Part shown: piece by piece, positions 20,874-31,092 of the stretch
How positions within the stretch are numbered: the stretch's first letter is position 1
How the letters are laid out: the number at the start of each line of letters is the position of its first letter
Translations under genes and position numbers: made by a program
Source: Armatimonadota bacterium
GTDB lineage: Bacteria > Armatimonadota > HRBIN16
Length of the DNA stretch: 64,000 nucleotides
Assembly (NCBI GenBank): GCA_963677485.1
Contig: OY781964.1
Span: 3,552,001-3,616,000, forward strand
Direction of reading: 5' to 3'
Notes under the pieces: generated by a model
Told to the model about the DNA's origin: nothing
Databases searched by the model: none
Seen by the model: the letters and a program-made list of their open reading frames with translations, nothing else

Positions 20874-22793
20874 ATGAATTATTTCATGACCTTAGGATTG
20901 GTAGTGTTGGCCGCGGTTGTTCATGCCGCACCCGTGACAGTGCCATTAAGTAGTCTGCAAATTGAACGTATCGAACAAGGCTGGGGCACACCACACGCCA
21001 ACCAGTCGGTGGAGGGCAACCCCATCAAACTAGGTGGTACACGCTATTCGTCAGGGATCGGAACTCATGCCAATTCGATCTTCGCGGTGAAGCTAAGCGG
21101 CAAGGCAGTTCGCTTTACCAGCGCTGTCGGCATTGATGATGAAAAGACCGGACCTGGACACGCGGTGTTTTCGGTCTGGGCGAACGGCAAGAAACTGGCT
21201 GAATCGCCAATGATGCGTTACGGCCAAAAAGCGCATATCTTTGACCTTGATGTCAGCAAATTGGATGTCATCGTGCTGAAGGTCGATACGGACAACGTCG
21301 ACTCGGCTCATTCCGACTGGGCTGACGCCATGGTCTCGATGGTTGATGCCAGCGTGAAGCCGGAGATCATCGCCACACCGGCGGACAAGTCGGTACCGGC
21401 GATAGCACACATCGTGCCCGGAAAACCCCGCATCAACGGTCCTTCAGTGGTGGGCTGCACGCCTGGATATGATTTCGTCTATCTGGTGCCGGTCTCCGCG
21501 GCATGCCCAGTGACCGTCACCGCCAAGGGGCTACCAGCAGGGCTGACCATCGACTCAAAGACCGGTATCATCACGGGCAAAGTGAAATCGGCTGGTGATT
21601 ACAATGTGAGCCTGAAAGTAAGCGGTGCTCTAGGGAGCAACCAACGCATTCTGAAGATAGTGGCTGGCAAAGACAAATTGGCTTTGACCCCACCCATGGG
21701 CTGGAACAGTTGGAACTGCTGGGCAGGTGCTATCGATGACGCCAAGGTTCGCGCCGCTGCGGATGCCTTCGTGAAAAGCGGGCTGGCATCTCACGGCTAT
21801 CAATATGTCAATATCGACGACTGCTGGCAGGCTGGACGTGATGCCAACGGGAACGTCGTGGCAAACTCGAAGTTTCCTGACATGCCCGCGCTGGCTGATT
21901 ATGTGCATAGCAAAGGCTTGAAGGTCGGTCTCTACTCTTCACCCGGCCCACAGACCTGCGGCGGATATGAAGGCAGTTATCAGCACGAAGAGCAGGACGC
22001 AGCAACATGGGCAGCCTGGGGATTTGACTATGTGAAATACGACTGGTGCAGTTATGGCAACATCGCCAAACCCGGCCTGGCCGAGATGATCAAACCCTAT
22101 CGTGTGATGCGTAAGGGCCTCGATAAGGCACCACGCGACATCGTCTTCTCCTATTGTCAGTATGGCATGGGTGAGCCATGGAAGTGGGGTCCAAAAGAGG
22201 GCGGTAATCTGTGGCGTACCACCGGTGATATTACCGACAGTTGGAGCTCAATGACCGGCAATTTGTTATGGCAGTCCAACATTGCGCAGTACTCATCACC
22301 AGGCCACTGGAATGATCCTGACATGCTGGTTTTGGGTTGGGTAGGATGGGGCCCATCATTGCACCCCACACGCATGACAGCTCAAGAACAACTGACGCAC
22401 ATGACGCTGTGGTGCATGAATGCCTCACCGCTGCTTATCGGCTGTGATTTGAACCGTCTTGACGGCTACACACTGGATCTGCTGACAAACGACGAAGTGC
22501 TGGCTGTCAACCAAGATGCGCTTGGTAAGGGTGGGAAGATAGTGCTCAAGCGGGACGAAGTCCAGGTTTGGATGAAGCCGCTGGCAGATGGCTCAACCGC
22601 CATTTCTGTGACCAACCTGAACTGGACAGCTGTGAATTTCGCGTTCACTATGAAGGAGTGTGGCCTGTCCGATGGGATGAGTGCGCGCGACCTGTGGAAG
22701 CAGAAATCGGCTGGTAGCCAGTTGAAGGCAATGAACGTGAAACTCGGCGGCCATGGTTCCGCCATGTATAAGCTGACCAAGCCGAAAAAGTAG
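20874..22793 (+). CDS. secreted alpha-galactosidase GH27 with NPCBM and He_PIG-like Ig domains
   Basis: LALTPPMGWNSWN, YVNIDDCW, DYVKYDWC, WRTTGDI, WNDPDML. N-terminal QGWG...GIGTHA...AVGIDD NPCBM motif. LPAGLTIDSKTGIITG. Confidence 0.92.
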   Translation: MNYFMTLGLVVLAAVVHAAPVTVPLSSLQIERIEQGWGTPHANQSVEGNPIKLGGTRYSSGIGTHANSIFAVKLSGKAVRFTSAVGIDDEKTGPGHAVFSVWANGKKLAESPMMRYGQKAHIFDLDVSKLDVIVLKVDTDNVDSAHSDWADAMVSMVDASVKPEIIATPADKSVPAIAHIVPGKPRINGPSVVGCTPGYDFVYLVPVSAACPVTVTAKGLPAGLTIDSKTGIITGKVKSAGDYNVSLKVSGALGSNQRILKIVAGKDKLALTPPMGWNSWNCWAGAIDDAKVRAAADAFVKSGLASHGYQYVNIDDCWQAGRDANGNVVANSKFPDMPALADYVHSKGLKVGLYSSPGPQTCGGYEGSYQHEEQDAATWAAWGFDYVKYDWCSYGNIAKPGLAEMIKPYRVMRKGLDKAPRDIVFSYCQYGMGEPWKWGPKEGGNLWRTTGDITDSWSSMTGNLLWQSNIAQYSSPGHWNDPDMLVLGWVGWGPSLHPTRMTAQEQLTHMTLWCMNASPLLIGCDLNRLDGYTLDLLTNDEVLAVNQDALGKGGKIVLKRDEVQVWMKPLADGSTAISVTNLNWTAVNFAFTMKECGLSDGMSARDLWKQKSAGSQLKAMNVKLGGHGSAMYKLTKPKK

Positions 22794-22978
22794 GGCACGG
22801 CGTGCCGTGCCCAGATTTTCGGTGGACATAATGGTAGGGGCATCGCGTGCGGTGCCCCTGTCCCCCGGGAACGCCAATCTCCCGATTGGCCTCCCTCCCC
22901 ATCCGCGTTTATCCGCGTCCATCTGCGGTTTTTAATCCGGCTAGGGCGTCCGATTGGGCGGGGAGACCCCGCCCCTAC
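22790..22978. repeat. cluster of GTAG-type REP palindromes plus two other repeat modules
   Basis: GTAGGGCACGGCGTGCCGTGCCC (22790), GTAGGGGCATCGCGTGCGGTGCCC (22834) and reverse GGGCGGGGAGACCCCGCCCCTAC (22956-22978). GGGAACGCCAATCTCCCGATTGGC (22867) is identical at 62004. ATCCGCGTTTATCCGCGTCCATCTGCGGTT at 22901. Confidence 0.8.
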
Positions 22979-24018
22979 GAGCGTGCGATCATTTCACGTA
23001 TCCGGCCGTGTATCGCCTTCGCATCGTCCACACTGCCGGCCCACGGGTTGAACAGGTAACGGGTGCCTGGCAGAGCCATATCAAGCAGGTTCCGTACCAT
23101 CGCTTCGTCAGTCCATAGCATCAACACCGACTTGTTTTCAAACGCCTCAACAGCAGGACGGGCGCCTGGTGACTGGAACATGCGGTTGATGGCGCGCAGA
23201 TTCTTGAGCCGTGTGAAGTTTTCATACTGATGGTCTGCTGTGGCGCAGCAATGGATGAACAGGCCTCCAAACCGCTCGCTCAGCTTGTTCAGGCTGGGAG
23301 CCGTGAACTGCTCGAACATGGCCGTGGAGATGCTCCCCACCTCATCTTCCGACAGGCAGATGCCCATGTTGTCCGGCGTCCAGACATACGGCACGTGGCT
23401 CAAACAGCCGGTGGGGTTCTGCCGCAGGAACTCGGCGGTGAACATCTCCACTAGCCTGCGGCACTTGTCGATTAAGCGGCTGACGGACTCCGGTTCCTCA
23501 TGCATAGCCGGGAACATATCTTCTTTTCGCCATATCAATGCGGCGATATCCAGCGGGCTTTGCACATCGGGTACGGCTATGATGGCGTCCTTACCCAGCC
23601 TCTGCTGCAGCGCGGCGGCCATCTCGAAAACCCTGTCCAGGCACCTAGCATTCAGAGAGGGTTCAGGCAGCGCATCCGCCTGTTCTGCCGTGGTGACCAG
23701 CGGCAGGGCGCAGGGGATGTTGTTGGGGTAGACATGCACCTCACAGCCATAGGCGTCTGCAAAAAGCTGCGTGCCTGAGACGAGGCTGGCGATGGGCACG
23801 CTGTCGTCACCGGTTTGCTCGTGCCAGTCCATGCGCTGTTCATATAGCCGAACCATTTGGGGGATCCACTCCGCGATCGGCATGGCTGATGTGGTGAAGT
23901 CGCCATCTGACCAGTCCACCGGGCCGTAACCCGCGTCCATAATCACACCATAACGCTCAAACTCTCCGGTAAACAGGTTCGTCAGGAACTTTTTGTTCTC
24001 AGGGATTCTGGTGCTCAT
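22975..24018 (-). CDS. uroporphyrinogen decarboxylase (UroD/MtaA-CmuA) superfamily protein
   Basis: PDVQSPLDIAALI, MHEEPE, LSEDEVGSISTAMFEQF, IHCCA. GGAG RBS. Confidence 0.75.
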   Translation of the reverse strand: MSTRIPENKKFLTNLFTGEFERYGVIMDAGYGPVDWSDGDFTTSAMPIAEWIPQMVRLYEQRMDWHEQTGDDSVPIASLVSGTQLFADAYGCEVHVYPNNIPCALPLVTTAEQADALPEPSLNARCLDRVFEMAAALQQRLGKDAIIAVPDVQSPLDIAALIWRKEDMFPAMHEEPESVSRLIDKCRRLVEMFTAEFLRQNPTGCLSHVPYVWTPDNMGICLSEDEVGSISTAMFEQFTAPSLNKLSERFGGLFIHCCATADHQYENFTRLKNLRAINRMFQSPGARPAVEAFENKSVLMLWTDEAMVRNLLDMALPGTRYLFNPWAGSVDDAKAIHGRIREMIARS

Positions 24019-24250
24019 GCGGCTTCTCCAAGCTTAATGCGAATGATGATATCCGGTCTGGTGATGCTATGTATATGAACTGTAACAACAACAGGGCTAT
24101 TTGTCAAAATACCAAAATGCAGTCTCCGGGCAGTCTGAACTCGTGGCTCATCTATTACTGGCGACACCCAACCTCGGTCCGTTACAGGATTATAACAGCT
24201 GCGCGTTGAATACCTATAGCAGTAAAAGCTATTCCACTTTGGAGGCCACT

Positions 24251-26209
24251 ATGAGCGCACCGCCACAGCCACCCTCACATGACACCGCCCAGCCGAAAGT
24301 GCGGCTGGGAGCCATCATACTGGCCTTGTTACTAATCCCGGTCAACAGCTATTGGATTGTGCGCAGCGAGGCGATGGACTACAGCGGCTTCCCAACGATC
24401 ATCTCGCTGTTTTACAACGTCATCTTCAGCATCATGGTCCTGCTGGTATCCAATATGGTTGCCAGGAAAGTGGCCCCAAAGCTGGCCCTGAACCAGTGGG
24501 AGCTGCTGGTGGTCTATGCGATGGTGGCCACCGGCAGCAGCTTTGCGGGGCATGACTACCTGCAGATGTTGGTGCCCAGTCTGGCGCATCACACGGTGTT
24601 TGGTACCTCGTTTAATCACTGGCATGAGATGGTGTCCTCCAATCTACCCGACTGGATGGCCATCAACCACGACAGCGAGGCCGTGCGCGCATTCGAACGC
24701 GGGCACTCTACGCTCTACCGCTGGGATCACATCAAGATATGGCTGGTGCCGATGGGCACTTGGGGCATCTTTCTGATGTGTACCGCGATGGCCACGCTGA
24801 GTATCTGCGTGCTGCTGCGTCGGCAGTGGATAGAGAATGAGAAACTCAGCTTCCCGATAGTGCAGATCCCGTTGTTGATCACAGAAGAGGGTGGGGCTGG
24901 GCCGATTTTCAAAAGCAAGCTGTTTTGGATCGGATTTGCGATTGCAGCCTACCTGGATATTCATAACGGCCTGGCGGCTTTGGTTCCTACCATACCGGCT
25001 ATCATGGTCAAGCAAAAAGACATCGGCACCTGGGTCACGTTCAATGCGCCTTGGAATGCGATCGGGCCGACCAATATCAGCTTCTACCCGTTCGCCATTG
25101 GGTTGAGCTATTTCATGCCCACAAACCTGGCATTTTCAAGCTGGTTCTTTTTCTGGGTTCGTAAGCTTCAGCAGGTGGCCTGCAGTTCGCTGGGTTGGAG
25201 CGGTCTGGACGCGAATATGCCGTATGTGAAAGAACAGTCATTTGGTGCCCTGATGGTGATTGTCATCTTTGCGCTATGGATGAGCCGGGGGCATCTGAGC
25301 ACACTGTGGAAGATGGCCTGGAGCGGCGCGGGTAGACAGGACAGCGAGGGGCGGGAGTACCGTGGCGCGTTGGTCATGTTGGGCGCCAGTCTGCTGGGCA
25401 TGGTGCTGTTTCTGGCCGTTGGCGGGATGAGCTGGTGGGTGGCTGTGTTGTATGTGACGCTGTATATTCTCTTATGCACCTCCATCGGACGGATCAGGGC
25501 GGAACTGGGTGCCCCTGCGCACGAATTCGGCAGCATGGGCTCGTCACACATGATGGTCTACAGCCTGGGCAGCACGCTGCTGGGTCCGCATAACCTGACC
25601 ATACTTGGGATTCTATGGTTCCAGAACCGAATGTACCGCGGACTGTTGATGCCCCAACAGGTGGAGTGTTTGAAGGCTGCACACCATGTTGGAATGAAGC
25701 CCCGTTATATGGTGGGGGTGCTGGCTGCAGCGGCCTTCGTGGGCATCCTGGCGGGATACTGGGCATTACTGCATCACAGCTACGCCCGCATATTGCCGGC
25801 GTATATTCATCCCGGCGCACCCGGCAGCGCGTTCGCCGCGGAGTACCTGATCATCTTGAATAGCTGGATGGGAGCCCCTATTGAGCCGAAGGTGGCCAAC
25901 ATGACGGCGATAGGCGTGGGAGCCGCCATCACCCTCTTACTGACTAAGCTGAGTATGATTTGGCATGGAAACCCCTTCCACCCGGCAGGATATGCGCTGG
26001 GCATGGCTTTTGGTTTGGATTACATCTGGTGCCCCATCATGATTAGTTGGGCGCTGAAGAGCTTCATACTGCGCATTTACGGGTTGAAAGGCTATCGCTG
26101 GGCGATGCCGTTCTTTGTGGGCCTGGTACTTGGTGAGTTTGCGGTAGGCGGGTTGTGGAGCTGTATCCGTGGGCTAAGCGGTATCCCAACTTACTCGTTC
26201 TACCTGTAG
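24251..26209 (+). CDS. polytopic membrane protein, DUF6785/DUF6784 (OPT-like putative transporter)
   Basis: Many hydrophobic helices. LRRQWIENEKLSFPIVQIP, RIRAELGAP, PFHPAGY, PFFVGLVLGEF. ATG 24251 follows GGAGG. Confidence 0.75.
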   Translation: MSAPPQPPSHDTAQPKVRLGAIILALLLIPVNSYWIVRSEAMDYSGFPTIISLFYNVIFSIMVLLVSNMVARKVAPKLALNQWELLVVYAMVATGSSFAGHDYLQMLVPSLAHHTVFGTSFNHWHEMVSSNLPDWMAINHDSEAVRAFERGHSTLYRWDHIKIWLVPMGTWGIFLMCTAMATLSICVLLRRQWIENEKLSFPIVQIPLLITEEGGAGPIFKSKLFWIGFAIAAYLDIHNGLAALVPTIPAIMVKQKDIGTWVTFNAPWNAIGPTNISFYPFAIGLSYFMPTNLAFSSWFFFWVRKLQQVACSSLGWSGLDANMPYVKEQSFGALMVIVIFALWMSRGHLSTLWKMAWSGAGRQDSEGREYRGALVMLGASLLGMVLFLAVGGMSWWVAVLYVTLYILLCTSIGRIRAELGAPAHEFGSMGSSHMMVYSLGSTLLGPHNLTILGILWFQNRMYRGLLMPQQVECLKAAHHVGMKPRYMVGVLAAAAFVGILAGYWALLHHSYARILPAYIHPGAPGSAFAAEYLIILNSWMGAPIEPKVANMTAIGVGAAITLLLTKLSMIWHGNPFHPAGYALGMAFGLDYIWCPIMISWALKSFILRIYGLKGYRWAMPFFVGLVLGEFAVGGLWSCIRGLSGIPTYSFYL

Positions 26210-26679
26210 CTCTTGATTACCGGACGGATCATGCTCGATGGGTGACGACTGACCAATGTGGGGGTAGTTTGAGATGGCCGCGAATCGAGAATTACAGTAA
26301 AAATACCAGATTATTTGGTAGGTTTGCTTGTATATGATCTTACGAATTCGTGCTCAGGTGCTTGATAGAATCATACATACTGGCTGTGAAACACTTCCTA
26401 ATCCGTGCTTGATAGTGGACGAACATGTAGCTATCTTGTTTCCAGCGAGACTATCACGTCGAATTCTTTATACATTGCACAATGGACGTGGCTCTGGCAT
26501 ACTGACTTTACCCCGGAAGGGATGCTGCCTGTGATATAGACGAGGCGAATTACCTTCCACGCAATATGCAGTAAAAGCCTTCATTTGGACGCTCATCATG
26601 AGCGTTAGGTTATTGCGGTTCGCCAGGTACTAACCTGGGGTTACGCGATTTATTGTAAGGAATCGAGAGAGGCCAATGC

Positions 26680-26877
26680 ATGACATTTAAGGATCCGATT
26701 TCGCTGTCTGATAAGCAGACAGAGCCCAAGAACCTGGCCAACTGGTTACTAGATATCATGGCCAGATCGTTAAAGAGCGGTGACGGCATGTTGCTCCATC
26801 GCAAAGAGAACGACAAGTCAGTAGATGTCACCCGAGTGGGTGTTCTTCATGATGAGGCTGAACTAAGCCTGAATTAG
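26680..26877 (+). CDS. small hypothetical protein (65 aa)
   Basis: GAGAGG upstream of ATG. Followed by hairpin aggctcccgca-ttagg-tgcgggagcct-tta. No family recognised. Confidence 0.4.
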   Translation: MTFKDPISLSDKQTEPKNLANWLLDIMARSLKSGDGMLLHRKENDKSVDVTRVGVLHDEAELSLN

Positions 26878-27064
26878 TTCGCAGTTGTTATATAGTTGGG
26901 AGGCTCCCGCATTAGGTGCGGGAGCCTTTACGATTCGGGGGTCTTTCTTACAGGCATCCGCTCGTGCTGGCACGGTAGCCTATGGTGTAACTTACGCGTC
27001 ACATTGAGGTGACCGATGGTATGCGAATGGCTGTCCGCCTTTATTGCAGCCACATATTGCCTAT

Positions 27065-27380
27065 GTCCGGGGCGGTCTGTGCGTAGGCTAATGGCTACAG
27101 AAGGCTCAAGACCGCGCCGGTCTGGCGGATAGCCCTGAAAGATCCGTGTCAGGAACAAGCAACCGCCCGTGAAGGTACGGCAACCAGTATTGTAACGGAT
27201 ACGGTCGTAGGTGCGTCCCTTGTCGGCGCCCTACTCGATTGTTTATTCGATAGTAATTGTTTAGGGCGCCCACAAGGGACGCCCCTACGACCTGCTACAT
27301 AAAACGCCGGCGCGGTTTATAGACAGTAGCCACCGCAAGCGTACTGACAGACCGCTCCGGATAGTGCCAACCAAGTTACT
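27065..27380 (+). repeat. composite REP-doublet element (copy A) with nested insertion
   Basis: Arms GTCCGGGGCGGTCTG..AGACCGCGCCGGTCT in inverted orientation. Matches the reverse complement of 30004-30172 apart from a ~150-bp insert. Confidence 0.8.
27203..27292. repeat. GTAG-family REP doublet
   Basis: ggtcGTAGGTGCGTCCCTTGTCGGCGCCCTA ... TAGGGCGCCCACAAGGGACGCCCCTACgacc. Confidence 0.85.
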
Positions 27381-27449
27381 TGCCAGCACATGCCCGTGCT
27401 GGCACGGCAACCCTTACGGCCAGTTTCTTACATATCTCTACCCATTACC

Positions 27450-27479
27450 AAAAAAGGCCTCGCTGGTGGGCGAGGCCTT
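27450..27479 (-). terminator. intrinsic terminator
   Basis: Minus strand aaggcctcgcc-cacc-agcgaggcc followed by T6. Confidence 0.8.
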
Positions 27480-27507
27480 GGAAGACTGGTGGCTTGAGCT
27501 TCGAACG

Positions 27508-28515
27508 CTACTTGCTCTTCTTAACGGTTGGCTTGGCCTTAGGGGCCTGTTTAGGTGCAGGTTTGGGTGTTGGCTTGACTGCGGGTTTTACCGTCGGTTT
27601 TACGGCCGGTTTCGTGGCCTCAAGATATTCCGCTGCTGTTAATACCTTGATAGTAGCCTTCATATGGGTGTTTATTTTGATGTCCATCGAGGCTTGGTTG
27701 TTCTTGTTGTCCGGCATCGTCATGTTCATCACCATGTCGATATCGCCTCCTCCGCCGACTGCCAAGCCGGTCGCGAGATCGATATCGGATACCATGTCTA
27801 TCGTGCCTTCACCAGTGGCCTTCATTGCGGCTACCATGGGGTTTCCTTTGGCTGCAGCTTCAAGCAGTTTCGTCATATCCATGATGCCTCTACTGCGGAT
27901 ACTGGCGATCTGCTTACCGTTGAGCTCTTCAACCTTCTCAAGCGTGTTTGTCAACTTCATCGCTGGGCCATCGGTTTTTGTCAGGGCGAATTCATTATTC
28001 CAAGAGTCACCCACTTTGATGGGTTCTTTAGGAAAGTAGGTCATGCCAGACTGTTTCATCAGGCTGTTCAGGTCCATGGTTTTCGGCATGTTGGGAATGT
28101 CGACCTTGTCCATAGAGACAATTTCTATGGGCTGACCGAATTCATTCATTTTCATGGTGATGCCGATTTTGAGGTTCTGAATGGGTATGGGCATCGGCTG
28201 ATTGTTCATCATCATCTTGCCGTAGGTGATAGTGGCCTTAACGGTGTAGATTCCGGCTTCGTCTTTAGATAAGTAGTCTGTTTTGGTATACGTGTCCATC
28301 TTCATATCGAAGGGAGTTGAATTTTCACCGATGGTCGAAACGATGTTCCCGGCAATGGAAACACCGATGTAGTGCTGGGTTCCTGCGGGGACATTAAGGC
28401 GAATCTGGTAAGTAGGGGCTGCCGACGGCTGAACGGCGTCCTGAGCCGACATAGCTAGGGGCAGGGCAGTCATCGCTACGCACAACAATGACGCCATCTT
28501 TATGGGAAAACGCAT
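27508..28515 (-). CDS. secreted DUF6263-like protein with Lys/Pro/Ala-rich tail (paralog 2)
   Basis: Signal peptide, GGAGG RBS. FPKEPIKVGDSW, DLATGL. KPAVKPTVKP tail. Confidence 0.7.
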   Translation of the reverse strand: MRFPIKMASLLCVAMTALPLAMSAQDAVQPSAAPTYQIRLNVPAGTQHYIGVSIAGNIVSTIGENSTPFDMKMDTYTKTDYLSKDEAGIYTVKATITYGKMMMNNQPMPIPIQNLKIGITMKMNEFGQPIEIVSMDKVDIPNMPKTMDLNSLMKQSGMTYFPKEPIKVGDSWNNEFALTKTDGPAMKLTNTLEKVEELNGKQIASIRSRGIMDMTKLLEAAAKGNPMVAAMKATGEGTIDMVSDIDLATGLAVGGGGDIDMVMNMTMPDNKNNQASMDIKINTHMKATIKVLTAAEYLEATKPAVKPTVKPAVKPTPKPAPKQAPKAKPTVKKSK

Positions 28516-28592
28516 GAACGAGCCTCCTCAAACTATTCTTGTGATACAGCGTGGAACGTGGGGGCATCAGCAACCCCCACGTTAATACAGAG

Positions 28593-29573
28593 TTATTTTT
28601 TGACGGGTTTCTTAGCGGGTTTGACAGCCTTCTTCGCAGGGGCTTTTGCTTTGGCAGGGGCCTTTGCAGGAGCGGCCTTCACAACGGGCTTTGCAGCGGG
28701 CTTTGCGGCTTCCATTTCGGTAGCTGTGACGATGCCGCTAAAGGCCATCGAGAGCTTGGCATTGGTGTCTTCACCACGAAGATCACCGGTGACAGTGATG
28801 TCCGTGTTTAGGTCTAAACTGGAATCAATCGTCATACCAGTGGCCAAGTCGACATTACTTGTGCTGTTGCCAGTGATGGTACCTGTCAGGTCCAGGCCTG
28901 CGGGCATGTTGGCGGGAACCAGACCAGATAGGCTGCGGATATCGATGTTGAACTTAGATGCGATGCGTGCGATCTTCTTACCGCCCATCTCATCTACCGA
29001 TTCAAGCTTGTTGGTGGCGACGATCTTGCTGCTGGTGGTGTTGGGTACATTGATGGCGGCTTCCCAACTGTCGCCTACCTTAACGGCCTGTTCAGGATAA
29101 GCCGACACGCCACTCTGGCCCATCAGGCTGTTCATAAATCCCTGGACGTTACCGTTCGGCATCAATCGAGTGATACTTTCCATGCCGGAGGCTTGGATGG
29201 GTACACCGAGCTTGTTCACCTTGAGCAGCATCGAGATATTCTGTGCAGGCGGTGTGCTGACGGGAGATCCGTTGGCAGTGATCTGCAAGCCTTCAAAAAT
29301 CAGTTTAATCTGTGTATTACCGTCAGCATCTACGCTTGCTATGTTCTGCCGCATTGACATTGACATCTGCATATTGAAGGGCATCGGTTGAGTGCTTTGA
29401 GCCGTTAAGATGGTGCCTTGCCCATCTATCACAGACCGAACTTTATAGGTAACTCCTACCTTAGGCGTCATACGCAGTAGGTAGCCTTCTGTGGCATCCT
29501 GGGCACATACAGGGGCTGCTAACATCGCACCTGCGACGGCCAGCATCAATACCCGTGATACGGAAAGTTTCAT
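28593..29573 (-). CDS. secreted DUF6263-like protein with Lys/Pro/Ala-rich tail (paralog 1)
   Basis: Signal peptide, GAGG RBS. YPEQAVKVGDSW, DLATGM. AKPAAKPVVKAAPAKAPAK tail. Confidence 0.7.
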   Translation of the reverse strand: MKLSVSRVLMLAVAGAMLAAPVCAQDATEGYLLRMTPKVGVTYKVRSVIDGQGTILTAQSTQPMPFNMQMSMSMRQNIASVDADGNTQIKLIFEGLQITANGSPVSTPPAQNISMLLKVNKLGVPIQASGMESITRLMPNGNVQGFMNSLMGQSGVSAYPEQAVKVGDSWEAAINVPNTTSSKIVATNKLESVDEMGGKKIARIASKFNIDIRSLSGLVPANMPAGLDLTGTITGNSTSNVDLATGMTIDSSLDLNTDITVTGDLRGEDTNAKLSMAFSGIVTATEMEAAKPAAKPVVKAAPAKAPAKAKAPAKKAVKPAKKPVKK

Positions 29574-29717
29574 GAGGAAGCACCTCTCAATGTGTAGTTT
29601 CGCTTAATTGTACCCCAGTTTACTGTTAAGGTGGTGAACATGGTAACGAAAATGGAAAATGATGAAGTAGAGGCTAGAAAAATCACATAAAACCGCCATT
29701 TCGCATGATGCATCAAC

Positions 29718-29845
29718 AAAAAAGGACCCGGGTGTAAACACCCGGGTCGTACCCAGCGGAGTTCACCGTGGGTCGCGTAGTCATCCGCTTTCGCGGAGCT
29801 ACAACCTGTTTCTGTATCATCCACTTGTAAGTGACATTACAGACT
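29718..29845 (-). ncRNA. candidate structured RNA (riboswitch-like leader or sRNA), copy 1
   Basis: ~95-nt core nearly identical to 31102-31198. GAAA-tetraloop hairpin, second hairpin, terminator with T6. Promoter immediately upstream. Confidence 0.55.
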
Positions 29846-29851
29846 ATCTTT

Positions 29852-29880
29852 ATAATACCCTCCCATGCAGAATATGTCCA
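29852..29880 (-). promoter_or_regulatory. sigma70-type promoter of RNA copy 1
   Basis: TGGACA-17 nt-TATTAT on minus strand. Confidence 0.6.
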
Positions 29881-30003
29881 CAGTGTGGTGATGAATTTGA
29901 TGGAGCTCATATTATTACAGTAGAAATACTGGATATTGGCATCAACACAGAGCTCTCGCGGCAGGGTGATTTACTGTTCTCTGGCATTAATAAAAGCTTG
30001 AAA

Positions 30004-30230
30004 ATAACTTGGTTGGTTATGTCCGGGGCGGTCTGGCGGTACACTTGAAATGGCCGCTGTCTATAGACCGCGCCGGTCTTGTTCCCGACATATATCATTC
30101 GTGGCTATCCGCCAGACCGGCGCGGTCTCGAGCTTTCTGCATACGCTAGCGTACGCACAGACCGCCCCGGACTTTGCCAATTGAAGGGTACGAATCCGTT
30201 ACACTATGGGCTGCCGTGCCATCACGGGCA
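30004..30230 (-). repeat. composite REP-doublet element (copy B, uninterrupted)
   Basis: Inverted arms GTCCGGGGCGGTCTG..AGACCGCGCCGGTCT (30021-30079 and 30114-30172). Also GGGCTGCCGTGCCATCACGGGCA module, seen in reverse at ~26960, ~27164 and ~27391. Confidence 0.8.
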
Positions 30231-30280
30231 GTTTCTTGTAATGGTAGATCCATGCAACGGAGCAGATGCGGTGGTTCTAC

Positions 30281-31075
30281 CTATCCAGTCAAGCCGGAGA
30301 TCAGCCGATACAGTTCAATCCGGTCAGGGTCGATCAGTTCCAGACCATATGCATCCTTGAAGGCCTGATCATACCGATCGGTGTGCAGGTTGTAGTTGAG
30401 TGTCCAGATGCCCCAGAACAGGTCGTAGTGCCTGTCGCCAACACCGCCATACCCCACATCGATGAATGCGTTGAACTGCCAGTTATGAATGATGATATTG
30501 GGCAGGCAGTAGTCGCCATGAATCACCACATTATCGCTGTGGTTGTGAAACAGGTGGTGGCAGGATTCGACCGCGTCATCAGCGGGCATCTGCAGTATCT
30601 GCTGGTCGCCTGATGGGAATGGCTGCGGTGCGTCAGGAGCATATAGGCAGTCAATATCCTGCATCATCTGTGCTGTGCGGTTGGGGAATGGGCAGCCGGT
30701 TGTTGGAAGCTCATGAAGGAGTCGAAGCTGATGGCCGAATAACACCGCTAGCCGCTCAGGGTGTGCGAGGTGATCGGGGTGGATGCCGTCTTCGCCATCT
30801 GCCGCTTGAGTTAAAAGATAGTCATACCCATTCTCAGTTTCGAAGCTCAGCATTTCAGGTGCCATCTGGTGGCTGTGCAGAAACTGCATCATGGCAGCCT
30901 CCGGTTGTAGCGTTTCGGCAGGTGCCTGTTTGAGATAGCATGGTATATTTCCATCCGCGAACCAAACCCGGGCATCAGTGCTGCAATGGCTGTCATACCA
31001 CACTGCATCTTTCACGATGCCGCGAATCGTGTGTGGTAGATCAGGCAGCGGCCTGGTGATGAGTGTGCGTTGCAT
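30281..31075 (-). CDS. aminoglycoside 3'-phosphotransferase (APH) family protein
   Basis: Brenner motif IHGDYCLPNII, IDVGYGGVGDRHYDL. ATG 31075 preceded by GGAGG. Confidence 0.85.
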   Translation of the reverse strand: MQRTLITRPLPDLPHTIRGIVKDAVWYDSHCSTDARVWFADGNIPCYLKQAPAETLQPEAAMMQFLHSHQMAPEMLSFETENGYDYLLTQAADGEDGIHPDHLAHPERLAVLFGHQLRLLHELPTTGCPFPNRTAQMMQDIDCLYAPDAPQPFPSGDQQILQMPADDAVESCHHLFHNHSDNVVIHGDYCLPNIIIHNWQFNAFIDVGYGGVGDRHYDLFWGIWTLNYNLHTDRYDQAFKDAYGLELIDPDRIELYRLISGLTG

Positions 31076-31092
31076 AGATGACTGCCTCCAGA

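Noticed and set aside
29570-29910. Small ORFs across RNA copy 1 (shared peptide MTTRPTVN)
   Set aside because: No RBS, the ATG is buried in a stem, and ORF lengths differ between copies. Conservation is explained by the RNA.
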